Below, one piece after another: positions 1 to 13,187 of a stretch of 64,000 bases of DNA; the first letter of the stretch is position 1; the number at the start of each line of letters is the position of its first letter. The notes beneath the pieces are model-generated. The model ran no database searches. It saw only the letters and a list, made by a program, of their open reading frames with translations, and was not told where the DNA came from. Location: NCBI GenBank assembly GCA_951406725.2, contig OX597817.1:141546001-141610000 (forward strand), read 5' to 3'. The translations under genes and the position numbers were made by a program. This stretch comes from Octopus vulgaris (Eukaryota).

Positions 1-434
1 GATAATACTTGCAGGGTAGTTAAAGTACAGTTATTGATCTTCGAATCAGTCGTTCACATATCGAAGAATGTAACATGATATTTTTACATGTGGCATGCAT
101 CTTTTATCGATTTTCATCAATTTTAGCAATAACGAAGACATTTATGTTTAAATTATTCTTAATAAGAGAGACGATTCCATCTTGCTATTAAAAGAAAATT
201 CGTAATTAGTTATTTCATTTAATCGGATCATGAATAAAATAGCGAAGAAGATTTAAGAAAAAAAATACTCAGAACATAAATTCTACGCATTAAAAGTTAA
301 GATCTACTTTCATTCGTAAAATACAGCCATCATTTAACTGTGAATACGTATATGTTCAATGGGGAAGCATTTACAGAATTGATAGGGGAAGTATTTTATT
401 CGATGCATAATATAGAATAGAGTTCTCTAGTTGG

Positions 435-620
435 CGACCTGGCAAATCGTTAATTTCACTGAGCAAAATGTTTAGCGGCATTTCCTCCGGTTCGTTACGT
501 TCTTTGTTCAAGTCCTGTCGAAGTCAACCTTGCGTTTCGTCCCCTCAGGGTCGATAAAATAAATTAGTTGCCTGGGATGGCTATGAAAGGCTACTCATCT
601 ACACTCAAAATTACTGGTTT
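435..620 (+). mobile_element. Degraded SINE family C copy
   Basis: ggcgacctggcaaatcgtt...gttcaagtcctgtcgaagtcaaccttgcgtttcgtcccctcagggtcgataaaat aligns loosely with better family C copies (20933-21161, 35370-36140). Confidence 0.55.
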
Positions 621-792
621 TGAACCCTGAAACAGAAGTTCAGACGGAATGTTGTAATATTGGTCACGCTGAAGACACGGAAACTGAGAAATCAGTTCAA
701 GGGCTTATGAATTAAATAAATAAATGAATAAATAAAAGATAAATGAATAAATGAATAAATAAAAGGGGTCCAGAACTAATATCGTTTTATTA

Positions 793-829
793 GTTAGATA
801 GATAGATAGATAGATACATACATACATAC

Positions 830-880
<51 letters not shown>
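793..880. repeat. Compound microsatellite (TAGA)n(TACA)n(GA)n
   Basis: Directly visible. Confidence 0.95.
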
Positions 881-883
<3 letters not shown>

Positions 884-887
884 TTGA

Positions 888-1180
888 ATGTGTATGTGGT
901 AAGAGGCTTGCTTCCCAGCCATGTGGTTCGTGTTTCAGTCCCACTGCGTGGCACCTTGTGCAAGTGCCTTCTATTATATTGCCTCGGGGCCGACCAAAGC
1001 CCTGTGAGTAGATTTGTTGGACGGGGCTGAAAGAAGCCCGTCGTTTATATTTATATCTATGTGCGTGATACTGTGACATTGTGCGTTTGTGATACTGCGG
1101 TTGACAACCGATGCTGGTGTATTTACCTCCCTATAACTTAACAATTCGGCAAAAGTTTCCGATAGAACAAGTATCAAGCA
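888..1180 (+). mobile_element. SINE family A, 3'-truncated and diverged
   Basis: tgtggtaag...cagtcccactgcgtggcacc...ccgaccaaagcc...ctgaaagaagcccgtcg...ttgacaaccgatgctggtgt matches full copies such as 12708-13187. Confidence 0.85.
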
Positions 1181-1182
1181 CA

Positions 1183-1303
<121 letters not shown>

Positions 1304-1670
1304 GGGGAATGAGTAGGCAAACGACAGAAAGAGGCACTCAATATATTCAGTTGGAATGCCATATATTATCAGTTAAATACGGCCTCAAAAAACTTCGTAG
1401 ATTCGTTACAGAAACACACACAAGTGTCTAATGCATAGGGATGGGTACATCACGTGTCAGTGTCTGAAAATATGTTGCAGCACTGTCCAAGTCTTGTAAC
1501 TAAAGCATTATCCAACGAACACTTTCTTAGAACTGCGATCATTCGGAATTTCCCTCTCTTGTCTTTTCGCCCTTTACAGACTTCAACCAAAAGCTGGTTC
1601 TGTTGAGCGTCAATTGCATTTAATTCAAAGTTTTGTAAAAGTCTAAAATCATAATTAGCAATACCATTTC

Positions 1671-1729
<59 letters not shown>

Positions 1730-2051
1730 CATATATCCCTAATTGCATAATATTTTTATTTGTGCTGTTAAATGTTTTAATCCTTTCTGTTTTCCTCGCA
1801 TACTGTTTTTCTCTGTTATCTGGTGCAGTAGGGTGGATTAATTTAAGACTTTAGCTCTTACTTCTAGCAGGTGGATGCTTGTTAAGCATCCTTACGCTTC
1901 GTACAAATTTATAACTCATAGCAATTTAATGCTATTGCGCCTGCGATCCCTCCATGTCACTGCTGGTGATATCATCAATTTTAAAATTTATCCACAGATG
2001 ATATGAACAGTAGTGACATCTGATTTAAAATCTCAGTGCCTGAATGTTTTG

Positions 2052-2115
<64 letters not shown>

Positions 2116-2799
2116 CGTAGTGTTGGGTTGTTAGATAAATTCGTTCGCCATTTGCCTGAAAAGGGGTAAAATTTATTCCTTGATCAAAAACGATAAACAA
2201 GCATTTTCGAGGGTGAATGGAGCTTTAGAAAACCATTGTTCACATCATGAGAATTATAAATTTCCATAGAACTTGAAATAATTCTTTTCTCGTAATGTTG
2301 AATCTCGAAGCTCATACGCTAAAAATAATAATGTGGAAATATTAGAATCGGTTAGCGTCGACGTTTTCTATCCAATGATATTTTAACTATTTAGACGCTA
2401 TTGTTTATCCGCTTCGAGATCCAACATTCCAAAGAAGAAATATTCATGCTTATTTAACTAACATTTGAAAGTATTATAATAAGGTGAAAAAAATGACCTA
2501 AATAATTTTGATTACCCAGAAATTCACTGACATTTCTTTATCTGTTTTGATATGAAAGGGCTGTTAGTTATATCTGAAGTCTCAACATTTAAATTATACG
2601 CTGAATTTTAATTAAAAAGTTTTCATTGAGAAACATGGCAGTCAGAGCAATATATTTAACAATATATTAATTTATGTGGTTAATTGTGTATCTGAAATAT
2701 ACTAAGTTTCCATTACAATTCCTGACAGTTATAACATGATATCAATGTCTGAAGTGGTTTATTAAAATTCATATAAACAGGTATTCGATGTTCATGAGC

Positions 2800-2955
<156 letters not shown>

Positions 2956-4885
2956 ATTGTTATATTTTGTTTTGTTTTTACATTTTCCAATTAAATGAAT
3001 TGTTTTCAGGAATTATGTAGAAATAACTGGGAAATGTAGGAATTTCAGACAGTGGTCACAGCTCACTGGTTGGAACTAATAATAACGTAAATATAATAAT
3101 AGACTCTAGATTTTATTAGATTCTTCTAAATGGATAACAATGTCCAGATATCAGCAAAAGTGCCGTTTGTTCAATTAATGACAGACACAGCTATCGCCGA
3201 AGAAATTCACTGTACTTGATGGCATAAAAGACGCACAATTTCAACTTTACATATTCGGGATAAAATGTTTAATGTTTATGGGAGGCCGAATTTTGCATTA
3301 ATTTGTTTTGAAAAGCGTGCGTTTTACATGCTATCGAATTCGAAAATTATAAATGGATCAGTTTGATTGGCTGTTGACAGGTTCCATGCAGAAGTGCAAG
3401 CTGCGTCAGTAAGCATTAGCGGCATATCTTTAAAATATTCAACAATTACTAAGACTAGTCCAAATTAACATTGAAACATTAGGTCCTGATTCCCGTTTCT
3501 TCCGATGTAGTTTTTTTTAAAAATTGGACAGGAAAACTTTTACCAAGATAAAAAAATGAAGAAATTGTAAAATAAGAACAAGAATGACCACACAAACAAA
3601 ACAAAACAAAATCATTGAAAAGAAAGTCTATTTAGATTATGCGTCGATATTATCAAATGTCACGTTCTCTGAGTAAATTTCTATCTTTATGAGTCTATAT
3701 TTATTTCCCTTGAATACAATAACAATAAAGCATCATTGAATTGCATTAAATATTGCCTACTTTAGATGTTAATATTGCACACTATAAATATTTTGTCGCA
3801 GTAAAATACTTTGAAGTCACAATAAAATGTATTTTCAATGTAATTTATTTATTTATTTTAGTTTGCTGAAATTCTTCACAAACTTTCCAAAGAGATAGGA
3901 TCAGAACCGGTGATAGGATAGTTGGTGTTCCAGGCAAGATACATTTTGGCAGCCCTAAAACTAGAAATACAGTTCTTTTTAATGTTCACCATGAGTAAAA
4001 CATTCCGAAGTAAGAATATATTGCATTTATTACAATTTATTAAGCATAAGAATAAAGCGTTTATTATGTTTATCACGAACCACCCTCAAAACATAGCATG
4101 GCATCCGAAGTGATTGTTTTTCCGAGCGAGACCTGTTTGAAGATGATTGTGAACTGACTGCACCAAATGAGTCCAGCGTGAACCCATGCATCAATTAATT
4201 TTCAAAGGGCTGAAACAACTTTGGCTCGTTGATACAAATACCGTAAGAACAGAAATACTGCTGCAAACTGTCCTAGGTGGGGTGCATCTATTTTTACCTT
4301 CTGAGATAAAATGAAGTGGAACTGGGTAGAATTATATTAGAAATATCGAATATCTTGCGTACAATTATGCTGAAGTGTCATCATGTTCTTTAACGGTTTG
4401 GAGCTACTGGCCTCCATCACTTTGTTAAGTTTGGTAAGGAAATATATTTACACTGTCAGGGAGTGTGTTTTCATACTTTGACTACGTTGCTTTGAAGAAA
4501 ATAATAAAGAGATACAGAAAAGAAAGCGAACAAGTGTTCAATTTAATCTTTCTTTGAATATAAAGAGATAGAGTGATGGAATCAAGGTAAAAGAGAAGAG
4601 ACAGAGAGAAATCGGAAGGCAGAGAAAAGGAGAGAGACAGAGAGAAATAGAGAGTATATGATTGTGCAGCGACAGTCATGATAAGTTCTCAGTTTAAAAT
4701 ATATTGTAGACTGAAGCAAAAAATGGCAAAAAGGAAAAAGGTGACGAGGAGGAGGACGAGAAGAAGGTGTGTGATTATGAATGTGTGTGTTTGTCTGCAT
4801 GCATGTCTATGTGTGTGCGTATATTTACTTCTAACATAGTTCAATTTTTCTTCTGTTTATATATATCACAACCTACTCATACATA

Positions 4886-4947
<62 letters not shown>

Positions 4948-5155
4948 GCATACGCACACATGTTCGATGTTCATGTAAAGACTAGAGAATGCATATGTAG
5001 GCATATAAATATACATATACGTATATATATATATATACATTTATACATATACATATATATGTATATATATATATATATATACATATATATATACATATAT
5101 ATATGTATATGTATATATACATATATATGTATATGTATACATATATATGTATATG

Positions 5156-5208
<53 letters not shown>

Positions 5209-6411
5209 ATGTATATATATATGTATATGTAACGATTGCATGTATGCATAAACATCGTCCACACACGCATTCGCATACACACACAAACTCACAAATAAGT
5301 ATGTATATATTCTTAAGAGAAATCTCTTACCCATAATCAATAATCAATTTTGACTGTGTTCATTAGTAATATTTGACATTTCATATTATATCGCCATAGT
5401 CGTCTTGTAATTTTCCCATACGAAAGCTACAAATACGAATACGGCCGGACGGAATTATATTAAGTTTAATATTTTAGAAATTAGTTTGTTATGCATTTCC
5501 TCTGCCGTTCTTTAAAGAGTTGTTAACGAGTCTGGTGGAGACCAGTCTAATCTACTATGCGCACCAGAAACCCCTCGCTAAAAACGTAATCGTGCGAGTA
5601 ATACCAACGGAAATCATTAAAGTATGAAAGATTGCTATGTATCAACTAATTACTGTCTTGTAATGATTAGCATCTCCTTTCAACCAAACTTCCAATTTAA
5701 AAGTAATGGCTAGCGAAATGAAAATTCATGTTTTTTTTATACAATATTTTGTTTTTATTAATTATTCTATTTTAATATTTTAGTTAGTTTTGCTAGGCTT
5801 GTTTTTGTTTTGTCTTGCTATTTTCTTAGTTAACAGAGGGAAATGTAAATTTTTTCTCATTAATGTTACGATGAATTTAATAATTACATTATATTGAATT
5901 TTAAATGTTGTCTTAACCTAAATCGAACATTTAGGACAAGTTCATATTTAAATATTGCTTTTATATTAAGTTGTATTAGTTTTTCATTTTATCAAACACC
6001 AGTCTTTGCTTTATATTTAGAAGAAAAGACAGATAGTGGCATGCTTTTTGCTGTTCTTGATATCGATTTCTTGCGACTGACTCTATGCATTTATTGGTGT
6101 TTAAACATGGTTATGCCATGAGGTAACTGGCCAGACCACTAGCAAATAAAAGAACGTGTAAACAGTCGCTCAACAAGGTAGAAATAGCAACAAGATTTAT
6201 CTCGGTACAAGTTACAACATCTTAAATGAAAAGACGCGCCGGATAACACGGTTCGGAGGCATGGTTCGGAAAATGACTGTTTTAATAAATCCTTGATTTG
6301 TGCTGATTTTTGTCCAGCAAAAATATAAAAAAACTAGACGTAATCCATGAATGTGTAAATTTTCCCCGTAGTGGACAATTTTCTACGCCTTTAAATAAAT
6401 ATATACACAAA

Positions 6412-6773
6412 GGCGCAGACGTGGCTGTGTGGTAAGAAGCTTCCTTCCCAACCCCATGATTTCGGGTTCAGTCCGATTGCGTGGCAGTTTGGGCAAGTGC
6501 CTTTTACTATAGCCTCGGGCCGACCAAAGCCTTGTGAGTGCATTTGGTAGACGGAAACTGAAAGAATATATATATATTTCTATATATGTTTGTGTGTCTT
6601 TGTGTCGATGTTTGTCCCCCCACCATCATCTGACAACCGATATTGGTGTGTTTGCGTCCCTGTAAATTAGCGGTTTGGCAAAAGAGACCGATAGAATAAC
6701 TACTAGGCTTACAGAGAATAAGGGGTCGATTCGTTCATATAAAGGCCGTGCTCCAGCATGAAGCAAATAAAAG
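6412..6773 (+). mobile_element. SINE family A, near full length
   Basis: tRNA-like head (ggcgcagacgtggctgtgtggtaag, B box gggttcagtcc), internal microsatellite and tail gtgctccagcatg. Confidence 0.9.
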
Positions 6774-6778
6774 TATAA

Positions 6779-6965
6779 GCCGGCAGAATCGTTAAGCACG
6801 TCACAAAAATGCTTAGCAGCATTTTTCCGACACTTTACATTCTGAGTTCAAACCGCGCAAGCATGAAAGTTGCGTTTTGTCCCTCCATGATCGATAAAAA
6901 AGTATCTGTCAAATACTGGGGTTGATGTAATTGACTTGCCCCATTCCCTAGTAAAATTGCTGGCT
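6779..6965 (+). mobile_element. Degraded SINE family C copy
   Basis: ggcagaatcgttaagcacg...ttctgagttcaaa...tcgataaaaaagta...tactggggttgatgtaattgact. Confidence 0.7.
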
Positions 6966-7796
6966 TCAATCCTGCAAAAGACTGCCGTCCCTTTCCTGAG
7001 TTGTTGTGACCTCGATCACAGAATAATGAGCTTAATGCATCGCAGAGCTCAAGATAAGTATGGGATGCAAATGTGTCTCATATATTTAGCATTTAGCGTG
7101 CAGTACTGTATACAAATCCTTCCATGATTTTATGTGGGGTAGATGGCATCACTTTTAAATTTATTTGTTGTTAATAATTTCGTATTTTAGCCAGATGTTT
7201 GGCAGTTTATCATTGTTCACTTCTACTTTCTCTCTTCTATTCTTTCAAGTCCACATACTAAACTAAACTACTCTAGATGTTAACATTGGTTTGTTATATC
7301 TTCTCAGAATTGTCCTGCTGTTTTACTTGTCAGTTGCCACATCTCCAATGTCGAAACCCCCACTCAAATAACTACATTCTCTCTTAGATACCATTTCGTG
7401 TTTCTGAATTCTTCGTCTTGAGACCAACTACTTGTTTTCTTCAACGAATTGTTCTCGCTTTTCAAGATGGCTGATTTATTGTTAGGCACTTATGTTTATC
7501 GAGAATTTTATTGTTTTTGTTCTTATCTTGTATTTCCGTAGTATTTGTCTCATCTCTGTTCTTTTCTTTTTGTTCATTTGATGTAGTCTTAGAAATATTT
7601 TATTATATTTTCTATTTGTGTATGTTTTTTTTTCTTTTACTCGTTGAATGTTTATGCTTCGAACCTTTATATTTTACTTGTTTCACTCATTGGACTGCAG
7701 CCAATATTATTCCTAGTAACATAATTCGTATTTTATTTTTATACTGTCCACTAGTCCAAAGCAAACATTTATTTATTTCACTCCTTTAACTATTTC

Positions 7797-7851
<55 letters not shown>

Positions 7852-7866
7852 TAATAATTATTATTA

Positions 7867-8336
7867 TTGAGTGAGAGAGCAGTGCATGTCATCAAAGTGA
7901 CACTGGGGTAAAATATACGAAGCCCAGTATACCCATCTGATAAGGGTACACCAGGTACATGCATCACAACCATATGTGCGCGACATGATGATCTCATATC
8001 AAGATAAACAGCGCATGACCTTGCAGGTGGGGCCCAGTTCAAATGTTCGTCTGGTCGAGTAACCCATCCCGCTCAAAAGGTCCCTGAATAAGGATTGCGT
8101 AAGGATGTTGAACGAAACACCCATGTTTCCAGAGGTGAATTAATCAAACCCCAAAGAATCCCTCTCAACACATGTCTATGATGTTCCCCCACTACATCTG
8201 CTCGTGATCAGAGATGTACATATCGTCAGCCACCAAGGGACCAGCTCAACTAGTTATGGTCAAACAACTGACGAGCAAATCTGTGGTATTGAGCTGAATA
8301 TTTGCTGTAGCCCATCTTTTATACCAAGACAAAACA

Positions 8337-8337
<1 letters not shown>
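7867..8337 (-). mobile_element. Interspersed element embedded in a (TAA)n/(TTA)n microsatellite; probable non-LTR 3' end or non-autonomous element with (AAT)n tail
   Basis: 470 bp of GC-richer unique sequence bounded by (TAA)n at 7797-7866 and (TTA)n at 8338-8417. The minus strand ends ...ctctctcactcaataataat. Identity is inferred. Confidence 0.5.
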
Positions 8338-8421
<84 letters not shown>

Positions 8422-8896
8422 CCAAATTCAAGATCTCTACTTTCAGATTTTCTTACTTAGAACATGGGCGTTTAACATTTTCGTTGCAGAATCTCAGGTT
8501 CGGGTTTGATTAGTTGATATCCTGCAACTATTTTGGGATATAAAACTGTTTTGTTTTGTTCTCACTCTCACTTATTTTGATTGCACTAAATTTATCCTCA
8601 AGATTTATGTTCCCACTGCGTAGAGATTTAAAAGATTACTTTTATTATTCGAACCGTTGCTATTTATTATCATTTTTGTTGTTTGGCTGAGCAAATACAT
8701 ATTTTCATTTTTTTTTTACTTCAAATATTTTTGCTTATAATATATGAAAAGATTTGTCTTTTCATGATTTCGTTTTCTGGGATCCAAATTTATTTTCTTC
8801 TCTAATATTTATTCTGTGAAAGATGTTTTTGTAGTGGTAGAGTTTAGCTACAATGCAAACACACATACATACATATATACACACACATACACACAC

Positions 8897-8932
<36 letters not shown>

Positions 8933-9012
8933 ATTTATATATAGATGTATATGTGTGTTTGTGTATGTATGATATATATGTGTCTATATATATGTACATA
9001 TTTAAATATATG

Positions 9013-11195
9013 TATGTATGTGTATATATTATACATACGCACACATACACACAACTCTTTAACTAGTCTCAGCTTGAAAGTTCTGGTCATGCTGGAGCAC
9101 CAGGCCACTTTCTTGATCTCGAGTGTAACCATAACTTGAAGCACCACGGATGTCACTCTTGATATTAGTCATCATCCACATGCATGTATCGCTTCAAACT
9201 CCACAACTGTTAGGAAAACCTTGCTGGATTCATTGTCTATGGTGCAATGCAAGTCGACTTCTTGCACATGGCTTCTTTTGTCACTTTTCAGCCCTGCTCT
9301 GCTGAATCAGACTCTCCCACATTCATCGCCTCTCAGCTTACCCTAGTCTCCTAATTTCCTGAAAGTCTCATATCTCCACGCTTTCTAAAAAGCCTCTCCA
9401 TTTTCTCGAGCTATTTCGAAGTTCTTACCTCCGTTATAATTTGCTTTTCTCCATCATGTCCGAGCAGATTCAGTTTCTTTGTCGAGATGTTCGATTTCTT
9501 CAAGGATGTTTATATGCAGTCTTTGAACTTCAGCTTAGGCTTATGAGATGGACGCTAACCATTCCTCGGTTCATCATACAATAGCTGCCACGGAGTCCTG
9601 CAGTTCTCCATTCCCATTAAGTAACCCACACATCGGAATCAGTGTTGCGAAATGTTTGGCTCAGTACTTCGACAGAGACTTTTTTCAAGGACCTCATCAT
9701 CACTCACCTTTATTTTCCAAAGCAAGCCCAAGATGCGACGTAGACACTGATGCTGGAAGCGCTCTAAATGTTTCAAATGCTTACAGTAGGTTACCTACAA
9801 CTCACAAGCTTACAATATGGAGGACAACTCACTCGTTATATAAATCTTCATTCTACATAACGAGTATGTAGTTTTAGTAGAAATATCACGTGGGTGGGGT
9901 GGCACTGGCGCTTTTCGACCTTTCTGAAGGTATCACTGGCTTTGTTGATCCGTATCGAGATCCTATGGGCCAGGGTGCGTGGAATACTAAGTGAGCTGCC
10001 AGGATACACAAACCTATCTACAATTTGAATTTTTTGACTTTACACTTGGAAATTTGGTTCCAAATATGACCCTCCTGGAACAGAATGCTGTAAATCAAAA
10101 GTCATATGTATGTGTATATATTATACATACGCACACATACACACAACTCTTTAACTAGTCTCAGCTTGAAAGTTCTGGTCATGCTGGAGCACCAGGCCAC
10201 TTTCTTGATCTCGAGTGTAACCATAACTTGAAGCACCACGGATGTCACTCTTGATATTAGTCATCATCCACATGCATGTATCGCTTCAAACTCCACAACT
10301 GTTAGGAAAACCTTGCTGGATTCATTGTCTATGGTGCAATGCAAGTCGACTTCTTGCACATGGCTTCTTTTGTCACTTTTCAGCCCTGCTCTGCTGAATC
10401 AGACTCTCCCACATTCATCGCCTCTCAGCTTACCCTAGTCTCCTAATTTCCTGAAAGTCTCATATCTCCACGCTTTCTAAAAAGCCTCTCCATTTTCTCG
10501 AGCTATTTCGAAGTTCTTACCTCCGTTATAATTTGCTTTTCTCCATCATGTCCGAGCAGATTCAGTTTCTTTGTCGAGATGTTCGATTTCTTCAAGGATG
10601 TTTATATGCAGTCTTTGAACTTCAGCTTAGGCTTATGAGATGGACGCTAACCATTCCTCGGTTCATCATACAATAGCTGCCACGGAGTCCTGCAGTTCTC
10701 CATTCCCATTAAGTAACCCACACATCGGAATCAGTGTTGCGAAATGTTTGGCTCAGTACTTCGACAGAGACTTTTTTCAAGGACCTCATCATCACTCACC
10801 TTTATTTTCCAAAGCAAGCCCAAGATGCGACGTAGACACTGATGCTGGAAGCGCTCTAAATGTTTCAAATGCTTACAGTAAGTTACCTACAACTCACAAG
10901 CTTACAATATGGGGGACAACTCACTCGTTATATAAATCTTCATTCTACATAACGAGTATGTAGTTTTAGTAGAAATATCACGTGGGTGGGGTGGCACTGG
11001 CGCTTTTCGACCTTTCTGAAGGTATCACTGGCTTTGTTGATCCGTATCGAGATCCTATGGGCCAGGGTGCGTGGAATACTAAGTGAGCTGCCAGGATACA
11101 CAAACCTATCTACAATTTGAATTTTTTGACTTTACACTTGGAAATTTGGTTCCAAATATGACCCTCCTGGAACAGAATGCTGTAAATCAAAAGTC
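9013..11195. repeat. Direct tandem duplication, 1092-bp period (9013-10103 / 10105-11195)
   Basis: Near-identical copies; identical-length ORFs at 9548 and 10640 differ at 2 residues. Confidence 0.97.
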
Positions 11196-12700
11196 TCTTT
11201 AAGACTTATTGTCAGATCAAGCGGAGAACGTGAATCAGAAAAGGAGTCCTTAATATGTCGCTTGTGTTCTTGAGTGCGTGCAAAGAGATCACAGATACCT
11301 GCGTAGAGAAATAATCTTAGCAAATGAGGACTTGACTTTTGAGTCTGTACCGAAGCGTCTTATATTGAAAAGTTTCCCAGTTGTACGGAATCTGATATGT
11401 TTTTCCATATGAACATCCACTGAAAGCCATCACAAACACCATTGTAAAATACAGTGAAAGCAGCATTGGCGCTAGAATAGCGCCTTGTTTGACACCATTG
11501 TTCACAATAACAGGATCTAATACATTCCCACCAACATTTAGCCACACCTCCATGTTGTCATGAAATCGATGAAAAATTGTCGCAAACTTATTTGGGACAT
11601 CTAATGCTCCTAGTATATTCCAGACAGCCCCTGTTTATTGTGTCCAACGCATTTATCTGGTCATAAAACACTTGAAATAGATAAACTTTTTCCTAAGTTG
11701 CGTCGCGATTTATATCATATCAGTTGTACCTCTTCCTCATCTAAAACCACGACGATGATCCCGGAAGAACACCTTCAACAAAGTATAAATGCATTCTCCC
11801 CAGCATAATCCTACACAAGATATTGTTAGCTGAAGAAAACAATGATATCCCTCAATACTTGCCACAGACATCTTTCCTACTTTTTCTCTTATGCAGTGCA
11901 ACCATGTGGAATTATCACATCGTCACAAATCTTCCGTATGACAGAAGTAAGGCTGTGCGCTAAATTATCACCTCCGCGCTTTAACCCCTAGACAACTTTT
12001 GACGCAAATATGCCATCACACTTTTGCTTGCCTACCCTCGGTTAACGTAAATATACGATGTAGAGCTGCCCTACATCTATCACGGACTTTTTAGCGGCTG
12101 ACATATGTTTACGTTCGCTATCGTGTACTTTATCTCTTGAGGTGCACGCGCTCGCCGTCCCGTGCATTATCTCAGCTATTTTAGGTTACGTTCAAGTCAT
12201 GAGACTAGCAGTAGACCAATGACATGCGGATACTTTACATGCATAACACCGTGTTTTGTGTTGTACCGCACACAAGCTATTTTCTGAACTTGAACAGAAT
12301 AACTCGTGCATATCATATTATGATAAATATCTTCACAGCTTTCGTTTTCATAAACCGGTAGACGTAAATGTACGACGCTATGTTATTGTAACGGTGAACG
12401 TAAATAGACGCGAGCTCGTGGGCACTTGTGTGTTTGTGTGGTCTCACTAGATAAAAAAACCGGAGCAGTGTCTCGCATGCTTCGGGTAATACTGGCGTCA
12501 AGGAGTTAAGAACTTCACATGCAAACCATCCATACCAGGGAGGTTTCCATTGTGCTGTTGCTTAATAGCACATTTGACTTCTACTTTCTGAAACATCTTT
12601 GTCAGGCCTGCGTAGTATCGACTCAATGAATTTTTGATCAACCTCTGTCGGTCAATTAAAAAAATTCGTCGCAATGTCGTTTCCAGCAGCGCATTTATAC
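9055..12700 (-). mobile_element. Decayed RTE-clade LINE (RT pseudogene) with internal duplication and nested insertion
   Basis: Minus-strand translations GVKQGAILAPMLLSLYF (cf. RTE GVKQGCVLAPTLF) and EVKCAIKQ...PGMDGLHVKFL|KRGGDNLAHSL (cf. APGxDGIPAExxKxGG). Multiple stops and frameshifts. Confidence 0.9.
11985..12505. mobile_element. Non-autonomous piggyBac-like DNA transposon
   Basis: TTAA at 11981-11984 and 12506-12509; imperfect TIRs cccctagac / gtcaaggag; removing it restores the LINE reading HVKFL-KRGG. Confidence 0.8.
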
Positions 12701-12707
12701 ACATGCA

Positions 12708-12928
12708 TACTCTTACTCTTTACTCTTTTACTCTTTTACTTGTTTCAGTCATTTGACTGCGGCCATGCTGGAGCACCGCCTTTAGTCGAGCAAATCGACC
12801 CCGGGACTTATTCTTTGTAAGCCCAGTGCTTATTCTATCGGTCTCTTTTGCCGAACCGCTAAGTGACAGGGACATAAACACACCAGCATCGGTTGTCAAG
12901 CAATTCTAGGGGGACAAACACAGACACA

Positions 12929-13018
<90 letters not shown>

Positions 13019-13187
13019 TATATACGACAGGCTTCTTTCAGTTTCCGTCTACCAAATCCACTCACAAGGCATTGGTCGGCCCGGGGCTATAGCAGAAGAC
13101 ACTTGCCCAAGATGCCACGCAGTGGGACTGAACCCGGAACCATGTGGTTGGTTAGCAAGCTACTTACCACACAGCCACTCCTGCGCC
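12708..13187 (-). mobile_element. SINE family A, full length, young
   Basis: Head ggcgcaggagtggctgtgtggtaag, CORE-like segment (tcttgggcaagtgtctt), internal (TA)n(TG)n and tail ...gactgaaacaa(gtaaaaga)n. Confidence 0.95.

Noticed and set aside
665-705. ctgaaga..gaaa-ctga-gaaa-tcag-tt hammerhead-like motif
   Set aside because: Stem II is only 4 nt in total and no stem I pairing is available.
3863-3922. Acceptor followed by FAEILHKLSKEIGSEP
   Set aside because: Stop after 19 codons, no good donor and no recognisable homology.
8268-8312. ctgacga followed by a gcaaat/atttgc stem
   Set aside because: No GAAA box after the stem, so the hammerhead core is incomplete.
9548-10963. Duplicated 107-aa plus-strand ORFs as a gene pair
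   Set aside because: Antisense to the decayed RTE LINE and identical only because of the tandem duplication.
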